DNA of 64,000 nt, from the NCBI RefSeq assembly GCF_009914755.1, contig NC_060934.1. One strand, written 5' to 3'. The stretch's first letter is position 1. Each line of letters starts with the position of its first letter. A model generated the notes under the pieces. It saw only the letters and a list, made by a program, of their open reading frames with translations. It ran no database searches and was not told the DNA's origin. Source of the stretch: the human T2T-CHM13v2.0 reference genome, Homo sapiens. The position numbers were made by a program, and so were the translations under genes. Shown one piece after another: positions 50,330 through 64,000 of this stretch.

Positions 50330-51720
50330 ATGTATTTATTTAGTTAGTTTTTACTGTGTGTTCGGCACAGTGATCAATGCAATGACAGACACAATATAAA
50401 TATGCATCCCTGCCTTCAAGGAGCTTGCAATACAGTTAAAGAAATAATCCTAATTTTTATAGTACAAACTTTAAGTAGTGTCAGGTGTCAGAGAAGGAGT
50501 GAAGGACTAGAAAAGTCAAAGAAGTCTTCAGAGATGTAGGAGGATTTTACTTGAACTTTGAATAGTGAAAATTTAGGTAGAAAGTTTCTTATTTACTCAT
50601 TCAACAAATATCAATTGAGTTACTAAAGTGATTCACTGGGAGTACAAAACAATTGTGAGCTAGTGGAGGTCATAAATCTTGTTTTGAAACCAAATCTAAA
50701 CTCTTCTGAGAGGGTGGCTCACAATCTAATAGCTAGGAATCAGGCAGACAGCAAACAAATCAATCACTGCAGTATTATGTAATAAGGGCTATGACAGGAG
50801 TCTGTAGAGGAGGCAGTGGTGGCTTAAAAGAGTATATGAGTTGCTTGGCCTGGAGTGCATGATAAAGGAAGTGTTAACACAGGAGGTAGAGGAGGCCAAG
50901 GGTAGAGGGGAAAGCAAGTGCAAAGCTCCCGAGGCAAGTGTTATCAGGGAACCATAAGTACTCATCTATGTCAAGAACATAGGGTAAAGGTAAGAAAGAT
51001 TAGAGATAAGGTTGAAGAGGTAGGTGGAAGGAATGGGTCCTTTCAGGCCAGGTCACTTCAGCATGTTTATGGAAAGGCACAGACGCTCTAATTATAATAA
51101 TATTTTTTATATAGCAGAGAGGACACTGACCAAACTGGAAAGGAGAGTAGAGTCAGATGACTTCGAAGAACCTTGAAAGCAAAGCAGAGTAGTTCAGACT
51201 TGGTTTCAAAACAAACTGGAAACCATTTAAGGTTATGTATAGGGAAGTAACAAGATGAAAGGGAGGATTTAAGGATAATTAATCTGCAAGAATAAGTCAC
51301 ACCTGGAAAAAATGAAGCCATGAAGCCACTTAGGAAGCTGCGGAAGGTATCCTAGGCATCTGATGCTCTGGTCGGACTCGGGTAGGTGTGGTAGGAACGA
51401 GGAGGAAGGATGTCAGCGAGCAATGTTTAGAAGAAAAGAAATCAAGCTGAACTTGGTGACACACCACAGAAGAAGGATGGGTATACAAAATTTACTCCAC
51501 AAGTTTGTGGACCTGGATACTTGAAAGAAAGATGGGGTCTCCAGCATGGACTGAGATAAGGGAAGAAGTGGCTGGTTTGTGGAGGAGGTCGATGGGAATT
51601 TGAGTCTGAGGGGACAGAAGGACCATTTCCAGTAGGCAGCCAGAAATGCAGGACTGAAAGTCAGATGAGAGAGTAGTGGAACTAGAAACATTCCAAGGAA
51701 TACCCTGGACACTGAGAAAA
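50330..51720 (-). mobile_element. L2 fragments
   Basis: CCCTGCCTTCAAGGAGCTT, CATTCAACAAATA, purine-rich antisense L2 body. Confidence 0.55.
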
Positions 51721-51825
51721 GCCTGACACAGTATCTCTGTACTTACAAAGGAACCGTAAACACAACTAATACTTGGAGCCATCTCCTAGTTGGTTCAGTC
51801 CGGTGCTAGAGTGGAGTAGTGATTT

Positions 51826-52456
<631 letters not shown>

Positions 52457-53319
52457 GGGACACATATATCTTTTTAAGATAAAGTAGTGCTATTGAGTTT
52501 TGAAGAGGGGTGGGGTAGAGATGCCTGGAGCCCTACCTGTTTGTTCGCCACTGAAACTTTTGAGGCATCTCCACAGGACCCAGGAAAACAGATTTTGATT
52601 CAGAGGATTTCCTTAAAAAATACCTTAAAATAACAAAGTAATGAGACATTTTGGTTTGCTAAATAGGAACACCACAGTCAATAAGGATAGTATCCTTTTT
52701 TGCTATCTTAGCAAGAAAATATAATAAGCATACTGGGCAACTGAAGCCTAACCTATGTGCTCCTGTGTATTATATAATCAGTGTTTTGCCCATGTTCTTG
52801 TAACCCTAGTTTAACAAGTTGAAAAATTATTTTGTTTATATTGTTGATTTCCAAGTTAATTGGGTAGAAATTGTTGTATAAGTAGGGGTGGAATCCTGTA
52901 TCACTGAAGCTAGTGTGTTTTGCAAGCCTGTTAATCTTTCTTGGACATAGCTTCATTGGAGGAGTTGTCTTAGAAAATGAAATACGTTCATGTATTACCC
53001 AGAGATGAAAGAGTCTGTGAGAATTCACAGCAAATGGCCGTGATCCTTTCCTGTATCCCAGCTCCAAATTCTTTCCCCAGGAATGTACAGCTGGGTAACT
53101 CTATGTTTGCTTGTACACAACCTTTCCAGGCAGCACAAATTTACCTTTTATAGATGTTGATGCCTGCTATGGCTGTTAAGTTTTGTTATTGCTGCTTCTA
53201 GACATTTGTCTACAAGTAGTGTAGGAAACAAAATAGTTATAAATAAAAAGCATATCTGAATTTCATATTACACTATTTAGAGGCTTTTTCTTTCTACTTT
53301 TTGGAAAAATCTAGATACC

Positions 53320-53810
53320 TTCATTCATTCATTCATCCAACAAATATTAAGTGCCTATTTATGTGCCCCATACTGTTGTAGACACTAAGGTTAAAGCAGC
53401 AAACAAGACAGCCAAATTCCCTGCCTTCATGCAGCATAGAGTATAGTAAGGAACACAGATAATAAACACAAATTCCATAACTGTTTATATAATTACAATT
53501 GTGATAAATGTTATAAAGGAGGGAGCATATAGCAAAGGGACCAAACCTTATGGGTTGGGAAGGTTTTCTTGAAAATCAATATTAAGGCTGAGACATAAAG
53601 GACAGCTAAGAGTCAGGCTGGCAAAGTAGTCTGTGGGGAAAAGTGTCGCAGGCTGAGGGAATAGAAAATTTGACGCCCTTGATGCAGCAAGTTAATTGGT
53701 GAGTTTAAGAAATTGAAGAAACCAATTATGTCTTGATGTCACTAAATCTTAAAGAGTGAGGGGGAAATGGTTTGAGATAAGCATAGAGAGAGACTAGACG
53801 CCAGATTCTC
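53320..53810 (-). mobile_element. L2 fragment
   Basis: TTCATTCATTCATTCATCCAACAAATATTAAGTGCCTA. Confidence 0.7.
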
Positions 53811-53887
53811 TCTCCTCTCTCTCTCTCTTTTTTTTTTAATGTGCCTTAAACTAGTTCCAAGAGGTCAGATTCTAAAAGCCTCCTAGA

Positions 53888-54035
53888 GCAGGCTACTCAA
53901 AGTGGGTCCATGGACCAGCAGCGTCAGCTTCACCTGCGACTTGATGGACAGGCAAATTCACAGGCCACATCTCGGACCCACTGAATCAGGATGTCTAGGG
54001 AAGAGGCTCGGCCGTCTGTGTTCTAACAAACTGCT
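53888..54035. mobile_element. MER5A-type hAT-Charlie MITE
   Basis: CTCAAAGTGGGTCCATGGACCAGCAGC...ACTGAATCAG...TGTGTTCTAACAA. Confidence 0.75.
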
Positions 54036-54561
54036 GATAATTTGTTGAAGATAAGCAATGTGTGCAAAGGGGTACATTGTTCTAGTCTCTCTATGTATGT
54101 TTGAAGGTTTTCATAATGAAAATATTTTTAAAAATAATATTAGTAACTTTTACATGTTTTAAAACTGATACAAGTGAAATCAGAATGTCTGTTTTCTTCT
54201 ACTACTTGAATTTTTTTCTTTAAAAAGTATATCCATGTTACACACAACTCTAAACCACTTGTTTTCATTGCTATGCAGTATTTTACTGTATGGCTAGAAT
54301 AATATATCATTGATGTACATTTGGGTTGTTTACAGGTTTTTTCCTAATATGAACAATGTCATTACAAATGTTCTAGTATGGTACACAAGCTTTTCCTGGT
54401 GAATGAGTGCGTTGGGCATAAAATTGCTGGCAGACTATGTATAACTTCAACTTTATGATAATACCAAATTGTTTTCCAAAGGAATTGTTTTGATTTACAT
54501 TCCCACCGACATTGTGTAAGAGTTTTGGTTGTTCTACATCATTGCCAATATTGATATTATT

Positions 54562-54778
54562 GTTTGAGACCAGAAGTGTTTCAAATTTCAATTTTTATTG
54601 GATTTTGGAATATTGCATTATACTTACTGGTTGAGCATCCCAAATCTGAGAATTTCAAATCTCAGATGAGATTGGCTCTAATAAACATTTCCTTTGAGTG
54701 TTGTCAGCACTCAGAAAGTTTTAAATTTTTGTAGCATTTTGGATTACATATTTTTGGATTTGGGATGCTCAACCTATA
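54562..54778. mobile_element. Tigger4a/MER46-type MITE
   Basis: GGTTGAGCATCCCAAATC...GATTTGGGATGCTCAACC. Confidence 0.75.
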
Positions 54779-54975
54779 CCAGACTTTTACATTTTTGCCA
54801 GTCTGATGGGTATGAAGTATTATCTCAAGTGGTTTTAATTTTCATTTCCGCAGTTACAAATGAGGTTGAAATTTTTTTGTTTGTTGACCTTTCAGGACTC
54901 TTGTTTTATGAAGGGCCTGTTTACATCTTTCACCCATTTTTCTATTGGATTTTTTGTTCTTTTCTTATTGATTTA

Positions 54976-55305
<330 letters not shown>

Positions 55306-55929
55306 ACAGCAATATCCTGGATACTACTGGATACTAGTCATATAACACGTTATGAAAATATCCTCTTCTGGTTTCATTTATTTTTCTATTTCCTCTTTTT
55401 ATTTTTATTTTATTTTAGTTTATCTTTAGATAATTAGATATTCTTAACTTTTGCTCCAAATTAATTAATTTTTTCCTTTATGATGTTGGTTTTTGTAGTT
55501 CGCATCTAGTTTAAGAAATTCTTCCTAACCTCAAAGTCATAAAGATATTCTTGTATTTTGTCTTCTAAAAATTTTGTAATTTTGTCTTTCACATTTAAGT
55601 TTTTAATCCACTTAAAGTTGATTTTTGTGTATAATGTAAAGCCGGGAACCCATTTTCATTTTTTAAGATTGGATAGCCAATATTCTAGCACCAGTTGATG
55701 GAAAAGTATATCTTTTCCCCACTGATCTATAGTGTCAGCTCATCATAAATTGAAATTCCATAAACGTATGGGCTTTCTCTTATTTTCCTGTGATTTATTT
55801 ATCTCGCTATAATAGGCTTTTCACAGCTCTTGGTTTCCAAATTTTTCACTTTAAGGATTTTTGGCCTTTCTTGCTCTTTTGCCCTTATAATATAAATTTT
55901 GGAATCCTCTTACCAAGTTTTAAAATCTA

Positions 55930-56242
55930 GGCCGGGCGTGGGGGCTCACGCCTGTAATCCCAGCACTTTGGGAGGCCAAGGCGGGCAGATCACTTGAGGT
56001 CAGGAGTTTGAGACCAGCCTGGCCAACATGGTGAAACCCCGTCTCTACCAAAAATACAAAAATTAGCAGAGCATAGTGGCGGGCACCTGCAGTCTCAGTT
56101 ACTTGGGAGGCTGAGGCAGGAGAATCGCTTGAACTCAGGATGTGGGGGTTGCAGTGAGCCGAGATCGTGTCAGTGCACTCCAGCCTGGGCAACAGATCGA
56201 GACTGTGTCTCAAAAAAAAAAAAAGAACAACAACAAAAAAAA
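55930..56242 (+). mobile_element. AluS
   Basis: Full Alu. Confidence 0.93.
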
Positions 56243-56371
56243 CTAATAAGATTTTTGGAATTGCATTGAATCTGTATATCAATTTAGGGGAATTTGACAT
56301 CTTTAAAATACTGAGCTTTCATAGTCAAGGACATGGTATATTTCTCCATTTTCAAAGGTATTCTTTAATTT

Positions 56372-56501
56372 CTGTCACCCAGGATGGAGTGCAGTGGCAC
56401 AATGATAGCTTACTGTAATCTTGAACTCCCAGGTTCAGGTGATCCTCCTGCCTGGTTGTCCTGAGTAGCAGGGACTACAGGTGTAAGCCACTATGCCAGC
56501 C
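56372..56501 (-). mobile_element. Alu monomer fragment
   Basis: Single reverse arm flanked by GGTATTCTTTAATTTCT direct repeats. Confidence 0.75.
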
Positions 56502-57762
56502 TTCATAGGCGGTATTCTTTAATTTCTTTCAAAAAAGATTTGTAATCTTTTCTCTGGGTCTTACAAATCCTTGGTTAGCTTTATTCATAGGCATCTCATT
56601 TTTAATGCTATTATTATTTTTTAATGCTATTATTAATGGCATCATTGTTAAAAATTACTTTCTATGTTTGTTATGTAATAGAAATACAATCAACTTCTAT
56701 AACCTTGTTAAATTCATGAAACAATTCTCCTTTGGAGGACTTTTCCTCATTCAACAACCGCTAAATTTATGGAAATCTATCTATAGATTTTTGGGTGTGT
56801 TCTTCCTTTATAATCCTCTATTTCGTATTTCATTATTTTTGCTGTTTTGAGCTTGCTAAATCCTTTGGTACAATGTTGGACAGAAATGTCTTTTTCTGTT
56901 CAATACATGCTCTAGTCTTATTTCTGATCTTGAAGAGAATGCTTTCTAGCTCTATAATAACATATTATGTAGGATTTTGTTGTAAGTTCTGATGTCTAAA
57001 ATACTAAGATTTTTAAAAATCATGAAAGGATGTTGAATTTTTTCAAGCACTTTTTCTGCATTTATTGAGCTTATCATGTGTTTTTCCCCTTTACTCTGTT
57101 AGTATGGTAAAGAATATTGATTTTATAATGTTAAACCAATCTTGAATTCTTTGGATAAACACAATTTTGTCATAATCCACTATCTTTTCATATATTTCAA
57201 GATTTGGTTTGCTAATTTTTAAAAGGATTTTGCATTTTTGTTCAAGTACAAAATTGGCCTCAATTTTCTTTCTCATATTTTTGTCAGAAGATAATTGGCC
57301 CCAAGCCCCAGTTGTGATATTTAATTAGTACAACTGGTATAGCCCTTGAGGCTGGTTATGGTTTACATCTTTCTGATTGGTAGTGGCATCCATTCTGAAT
57401 CAGCAGTTAATTACTTCAAGTATCACTCCTGTCCAGACCATACTGCAAAGGAATGCCAAGATTTAAAGTTTGGGTAGATGACAAAAATCCCCTAAAGGAA
57501 ATTGGCAAGGAACATTCCAAATGGTAGGGGGGATATAGGGCAGTCATAAAAAAGAAGAGTTGCTTCAAGAGGGATTAAGTAGTTGACTACAGTGAATACT
57601 AATTAGAGATCAAATAAAATGAAAACTGAAAAGTATCATTTGATTCAATAACAGGGAGGCCATAATGACCTCAGTAAGAGCAGTTTGACAGGGTGATGGG
57701 CACCAAAGGCAAATTAGAAGTAGTTTAGCAGTGAAAAGGGCATCATCATCCCAAAATGGTAG

Positions 57763-58147
<385 letters not shown>

Positions 58148-58199
58148 TATAGACCTGAAATTTTAACAAATTTCTCAAAGGTAGAAAGCATATAGATGG

Positions 58200-58362
58200 A
58201 AGAGAGTCAAGTTTTGTGGGTCCTGAAGTGTACACAGTTTGGGAAGTCCCCTTTAAGATAAATAATGCAAATTGTAAATATGCAATTGGGTACAGGGCTT
58301 TGGAAGGGAGCCATGTAGGTGAAGAACCCTGAAGCTTCATTGGTTTCATGGTAAATCTGCCA
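58200..58362 (-). mobile_element. MER53-like
   Basis: GTTTTGTGGGTCCTGAAG...CCCTGAAGCTTCATT...GGTAAATCTGCC. Confidence 0.65.
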
Positions 58363-59337
58363 ATAAGCAGGTGGAACTTGATTGATAAGAGAACCCAAAG
58401 CCCAAATTGTATCCCAGAGAGGACTGTTGCAGCATAAGGAACTCTCTGGACATGCTCCAGGCTCAGGGACAAAAGATACAATAAGCGAGAGGGGGCCCAG
58501 GGCAGTCAGGGTGATTAATCTGGGAGCTACATTCAGAGCAGCTGTGTAGGTCAGTGCCTCCTGCTTCCCCTGCTTGGGCTGAGCCACAAGCACAGCCAAT
58601 TTACACGGAAGCCAGAGCAGCCAATGTGTGCTGGACAAGCAGGGCGGCATCCCAGATAGCCAGGAGGACTGAGGAGCTACTGGTACACAGTACATGCCTA
58701 CCTGAAATTACAGTCTGCTCCTCCCCAGCAATCACCAAATATATCCCCCTGTAATCAGAGCCAACCTCCACAAAAAAGCAAGATTTTCAAAAAGCTAAGA
58801 AGTCAACACCATGAGAGGCTCTAAATTGAACAAATAGAAGAACTTACCCTAAAAGAAAGAGTTAACATAGCAAACAGAAGAAGGGAAGAAATCATTCTTC
58901 AAAATCTATAACATGCAAAAATTCAAGTACATTGAATTAACATTAACAACAAAACTAAAAAATTCAAGATGTTCGTTTGTTCATTCATTCAATAACAATT
59001 CATTCAGCACTCCCTACTAGTCTCACTACTATCAGGGACTATTCCAAATACTTGGGATTCATCAGTAAATAAAGCAAAGTTTCCTGCCATATTACATTCT
59101 AGATGAGGTGAAGGAGAACAGATAAATATTATATTTAATAAATAAGTAAATTATGTAGCAATTTAGTAATAAGTACTATCAGACAAAGAAAAAGAAGGAT
59201 TTCTAGAGGAGACAATAAAAACTTTCTAGTCACCCCTCCTCAAAGTAATTTAATGTTTAAAAAAACTATTTTAGGAACTGTTTTCATCTTCACATTTATT
59301 CATCCTCTCTTTTGTTATATCTAAAATAGGATATGTG

Positions 59338-59655
<318 letters not shown>

Positions 59656-59682
59656 AGGATATGTGGTAAGGGGTGGTATTGA

Positions 59683-60091
<409 letters not shown>

Positions 60092-60509
60092 TAATAACAC
60101 TTAAAACATAGACATATCCTCCCACTTACACTCCTACCCTCCCATGAGTGGAACATGGACATGAAGACTTAAGTTTACTAACTCAGTAGCAGTCAAACAG
60201 GACATACAAATTGTGTCACAAAATTCAACATAACTTTATTAGACAACATTTATTATTATCTTATTGTCCGATATATTCCAGTTGCACTCTGTATATGAAG
60301 AAGAGTTACTCTGATGCTTGGAGAGAGCTGGAAATGTGAGTAAGCAAATGTACTACTTTTTGGCTGTGTTTTAGGCCCCACATTCTTCACTTAAGAGATC
60401 AAGCATTGCTAAATGAAGCTGGGCAAAGACAATTAAAGGAAAGTCCTTTTCTGGTGCACAAGCCTTCTTGAAAAAATGAAAATGAAAAAAACTTGAGGCT
60501 ATAATGACC

Positions 60510-60820
60510 CTAGTTGAGTTATTCAGTTAACATTCACACAACAAATATGTTTTGAGCAGCTAAAATGTACCATACACTGTGCTAGGTGTGGGATAGACAG
60601 AGGTAAACAAAACAAATGAGATAATTTTAGCCCTTGTGTTTATTGTTCAGTAAGGAAGAGAGACACTAAAACAAATAAACCTACAAATAAATATATAATT
60701 ATAAAATATATAAGGGTTCTGGAAAGGAAAAGAACAGGGTGTTAGGAGAGGGAATAACAGAAGTTGGGATAGGGACTTTGGAAGGGCTGGGGCATGGTTA
60801 AAGAAAGACTCTGAGTAATC
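60510..60820 (-). mobile_element. L2 fragment
   Basis: CAACAAATATGTTTTGAGC...CACTGTGCTAGGTG. Confidence 0.6.
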
Positions 60821-61766
60821 ATTCTTTTAACAAGCGTTATTACTGGTGAGTCAGAATAACATTCAAATTACGTTTAGAAGTTGTTAATGTGCTAAAACAA
60901 TGAGTCATAATATTTATCCAAGCCATATTTTAGAATAAATAGTAACCTCACAGCAGAATGGTGATAAAGAGCCAAAAGTCCAGTTACATCTGAAAAATGT
61001 GTCTCTTCAGTGTCTTCCTTCTTTCTTCCCAGGCTTGCTAGCTAGCCAAATGAGCAGATCTGGCAAGCCATCCTTGTGCGTGAAAGGTGGGTCCTTTTCT
61101 TTAACCATCTGGACCTGCCCTATTTATCCCAATCATTGACTCATTTCTATTGAGCCATGAATCATGCCTGGCACCTACTGCCATTCTGTAAGTGTCATGA
61201 GGATTTGGCGTTCTAAAAACATGCCACCGGTCAGGGCATTTCTATGAAAGCATTCCCTAACATGGATGGAGGTTTGAGAGTATGGTTCCCCCTGACCCTC
61301 AAAAGTCTTCAGCATAGCAGGGTAAATTTAATACCTTTTCAGAAGCCAGCCTGATCCCTGCCTAATTTCTAAGTGGGTCATGCTGTTAAAGTCAGAGTGA
61401 CAGTTACCGATTGTTTTTTTAGGCCTGCTGAGGCCATCCTGGCCATCTGAGTAAGGACAAAAACACTTCTGACAGAGAGTTTGGGCATTTGAATCATTCC
61501 ACTTATCTCCTTCTGGCTATCCAATTGCTCATAGATGTTTCCACTCTCATTTTGGTAAGGACGAGAAATGTTCTCTAAATAATTTAGATAATCCTATAAT
61601 GTTTGTATAATGGAAAGTATTAGTTTTGAAATAGCTATTGATATTTGTTTTATCAAGTTAATAGAGTTACATTGCTTTAAAAGCCAAATGTTATTAAAGA
61701 ACAGACCATTTTCAACTCTTTTTTGCAATTTTCTGTTTATTTACCTCTAGCTTCTAAATAACATGC

Positions 61767-63476
61767 CAGTGGTTCAAACTTTTTATTCTCAGGATCCCTT
61801 TACAATCTTAAAAATCAGTGAGGCCCAAATGAGGTTTTATGTGAGTTGTAATATTTTATTTATTAATCATATTAGAATTTAAAACTGAAAAAGATTTTAA
61901 ATATTGTTTATTCATTTTTAAGTAGTAATAATAAACATGTTAACAAAAAAAATTTATAAAAAATAACTACATTTTCCAAAATGAACAAAAAAACCATTTA
62001 GTGAGAAGAGTAGCATTGTTTTTCATTGTTCGCATATCTCTTTAATATCTGGCTTAATGGAAGACAGCTGGATCCTCACATTGGCTTCTGCATCCAGTTT
62101 GTTGTATTACGTTGTTTGGGTTGAAGTAAATTTTTAAAAATCCAACCTTACACAGTTATGTAGTCAGAAACAGGAGGAGTATTTTAATAGTCTTTTCAGG
62201 AAATTGTGGCTATTCTTATTTTATACCATATTAAAATTAACTAGCAGTAGTTTCTGAAAGATTTGTTGCAATGTGAAATCTGAAACCACACCAATAAACT
62301 TTTGTGCTCTGCTATACTGAAACCTACTGGTCTGTCTTGAACTTTGAATGGATAATATCACGCATTGGTCATCAGGAAAATTAGTAATGCAGATCTTCCA
62401 AAAGGTGATACATTTTATTATATAATATTTTAAAATCACATTTGTTAATATCATCACTGATTTCATTAAAAAAATTTAAGTATTGGAAAACCATAAACTT
62501 ACCGTGGAGAATACAAGTTTTCCAAACTTCTAATTTTCCCTTGAAACCTCAAATTTTTTCATTCCAACAAATACTGTCAGTTTTTTTTTTACTTGAAATG
62601 TCAGGTTTACTTCCTTCAGTTTTGAGAAAATGTCTGCTGAATACCCAAGTTTGAATAACCATAATTTGTCTATCATTTGTTCTTTCAAGTTGAAATATTG
62701 TTTCATGCATTAAGCAGCTAGTTCAACCCTTAATGTAAACATCACACAAGTGTTCTTCCATATGCAACAGATTTTTATGCTATTAGTACTTATGCTATTA
62801 ATATTTCTCATTTTACCACCCAAATATTAAGAACACATGGACTCAAGGTGGAGATTAATAAAAGTAATGATTTTTACTGCTTCATCAAGGACATTTTTTG
62901 GTGAAATGGAATTTTTCTTTTTCTTTTTTCTTCTTTTTTTTTTTTTTGAGATGGAGTCTCACGTCGTGCAGGCTGGGGTGCAGTGCCGCGATTTTGGCTC
63001 ATTGCAACCTCTGCCTCCTGGGTTCAAGCGATTCTCCTTCCTCAGTCTCCTGAGTAGCTGGGAATACAGGTGTGCATCACCATGCCCACTAATTTTTGTA
63101 TTTTTAGTAGAGGTGGGTTTTCTCCCTGTTGGTCAGGCTGGTCTTGAACTCCTGACTTCAAGTGATCCACCTGCCTCAGCCTCCTAAAGTGCTGGGATTA
63201 CAGGCATGAGCCACTGTGCCCGGCCTCTTTTTCTTTCTTGTTTCTTTCTTTCTTTTTTTTTTTTTAATTGCAAGTGTGGTGGTAAATGCAATAACCACTA
63301 ATCAGTTTTGCAACAGTGCTTTAATTTGTGTTGCTAAAGCACCAGCAATTAGACCCACTGTGGCTTTTGCACCATCAGTGTAAATGTCAATACAATGAAA
63401 AGGCAAATAATATCTTTGTATTATATAAAAATAGTTCTGTCTTCACAGAAAGTGAACCACACTTTCAGAACCACTG
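61767..63476 (-). mobile_element. Charlie1a-type hAT DNA transposon with an internal Alu
   Basis: TIRs CAGTGGTTC...GAACCACTG; 8-bp TSD TAACATGC/TGATATGC; GAAGACAGCTGGAT...GCTTCTGCATCC internal motif. Confidence 0.75.
62911..63225 (-). mobile_element. AluS inside Charlie1
   Basis: Reverse Alu. Confidence 0.93.
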
Positions 63477-64000
63477 TGATATGCTTCTACTGCTATTGCT
63501 TGGTTTGCTGATGTTAGCCATTTCTGCTGACTTCCTATTCTGCAAGATGAAGGGTTAGCACCCTTTAAACTAGCATTCCCCTTGCTCCTTTCTTTATCAC
63601 TTCATTATAATCATCACACTGTGGTTTAGGAAACTGCTTACCTTCCAGTTACTACCTAAGTATTGTTCACTACCAAGCCTGGTAGGGTAAAGTGAATGCT
63701 TCTTTGCTTGTACAACTCTTTATTTTGATCTTAAAGTTGATGACACCATTTTTTTACATGCTTAGTTCTGTGTTTCTATTGCAAATTTGTCTTAATCCTC
63801 CAACAGATTTGTGTAACTTCTCCTAAATATTCTCTTCCATGCAGTCTTAGGTGATCCATAAGGCCCATGTTTTTCCCTAGAGAAATCCCTTTAGAAGCCC
63901 TTCTTCCTCCTGCTCCAACATGGAGCAGCTGCTGGCTCAGTCTGCAACTCAGCCTTCATTCCGGGACATTCACTAACGGCTCAGAAGAGGAGAAGTGACC

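Noticed and set aside
58207-58695. 162-aa - strand ORF
   Set aside because: Spans MER53 and probable degraded repeat sequence; no homology or splice context recognised

Overview
Human-type (primate) genomic DNA, very rich in Alus. The window holds the 5' part of the myopalladin gene MYPN (+ strand). Its first coding exon is 46264-47166 (MQDDSIEAS... up to the start of Ig domain 1), its non-coding exon ends at 34536, and there are candidate upstream first exons near 12.8 kb and 30.9-31.6 kb. The left edge is a CpG-island promoter with NRF1, ETS and GC boxes and a G22 run; from remembered chr10q21.3 synteny it probably drives HERC4 on the - strand. The rest is intergenic or intronic sequence with about 45 Alus, L1, L2, MIR, MLT1 and MER41B LTRs, and Tigger, Charlie and MER DNA transposons. 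Almost all ORF-track entries are Alu or low-complexity artefacts. The most interesting observations are: (1) the 903-nt start-codon exon is flanked by inverted Alus and, if back-spliced, would form a stop-free, in-frame circle; (2) an ancient LF-SINE copy at about 21.9-22.2 kb; (3) a MER41B LTR with both STAT GAS motifs intact; (4) an unexplained 133-bp, 91%-identical inverted duplication at 10.7 and 11.8 kb. Repeat family names come from remembered consensus sequences and repeat boundaries are approximate. No searches were run.
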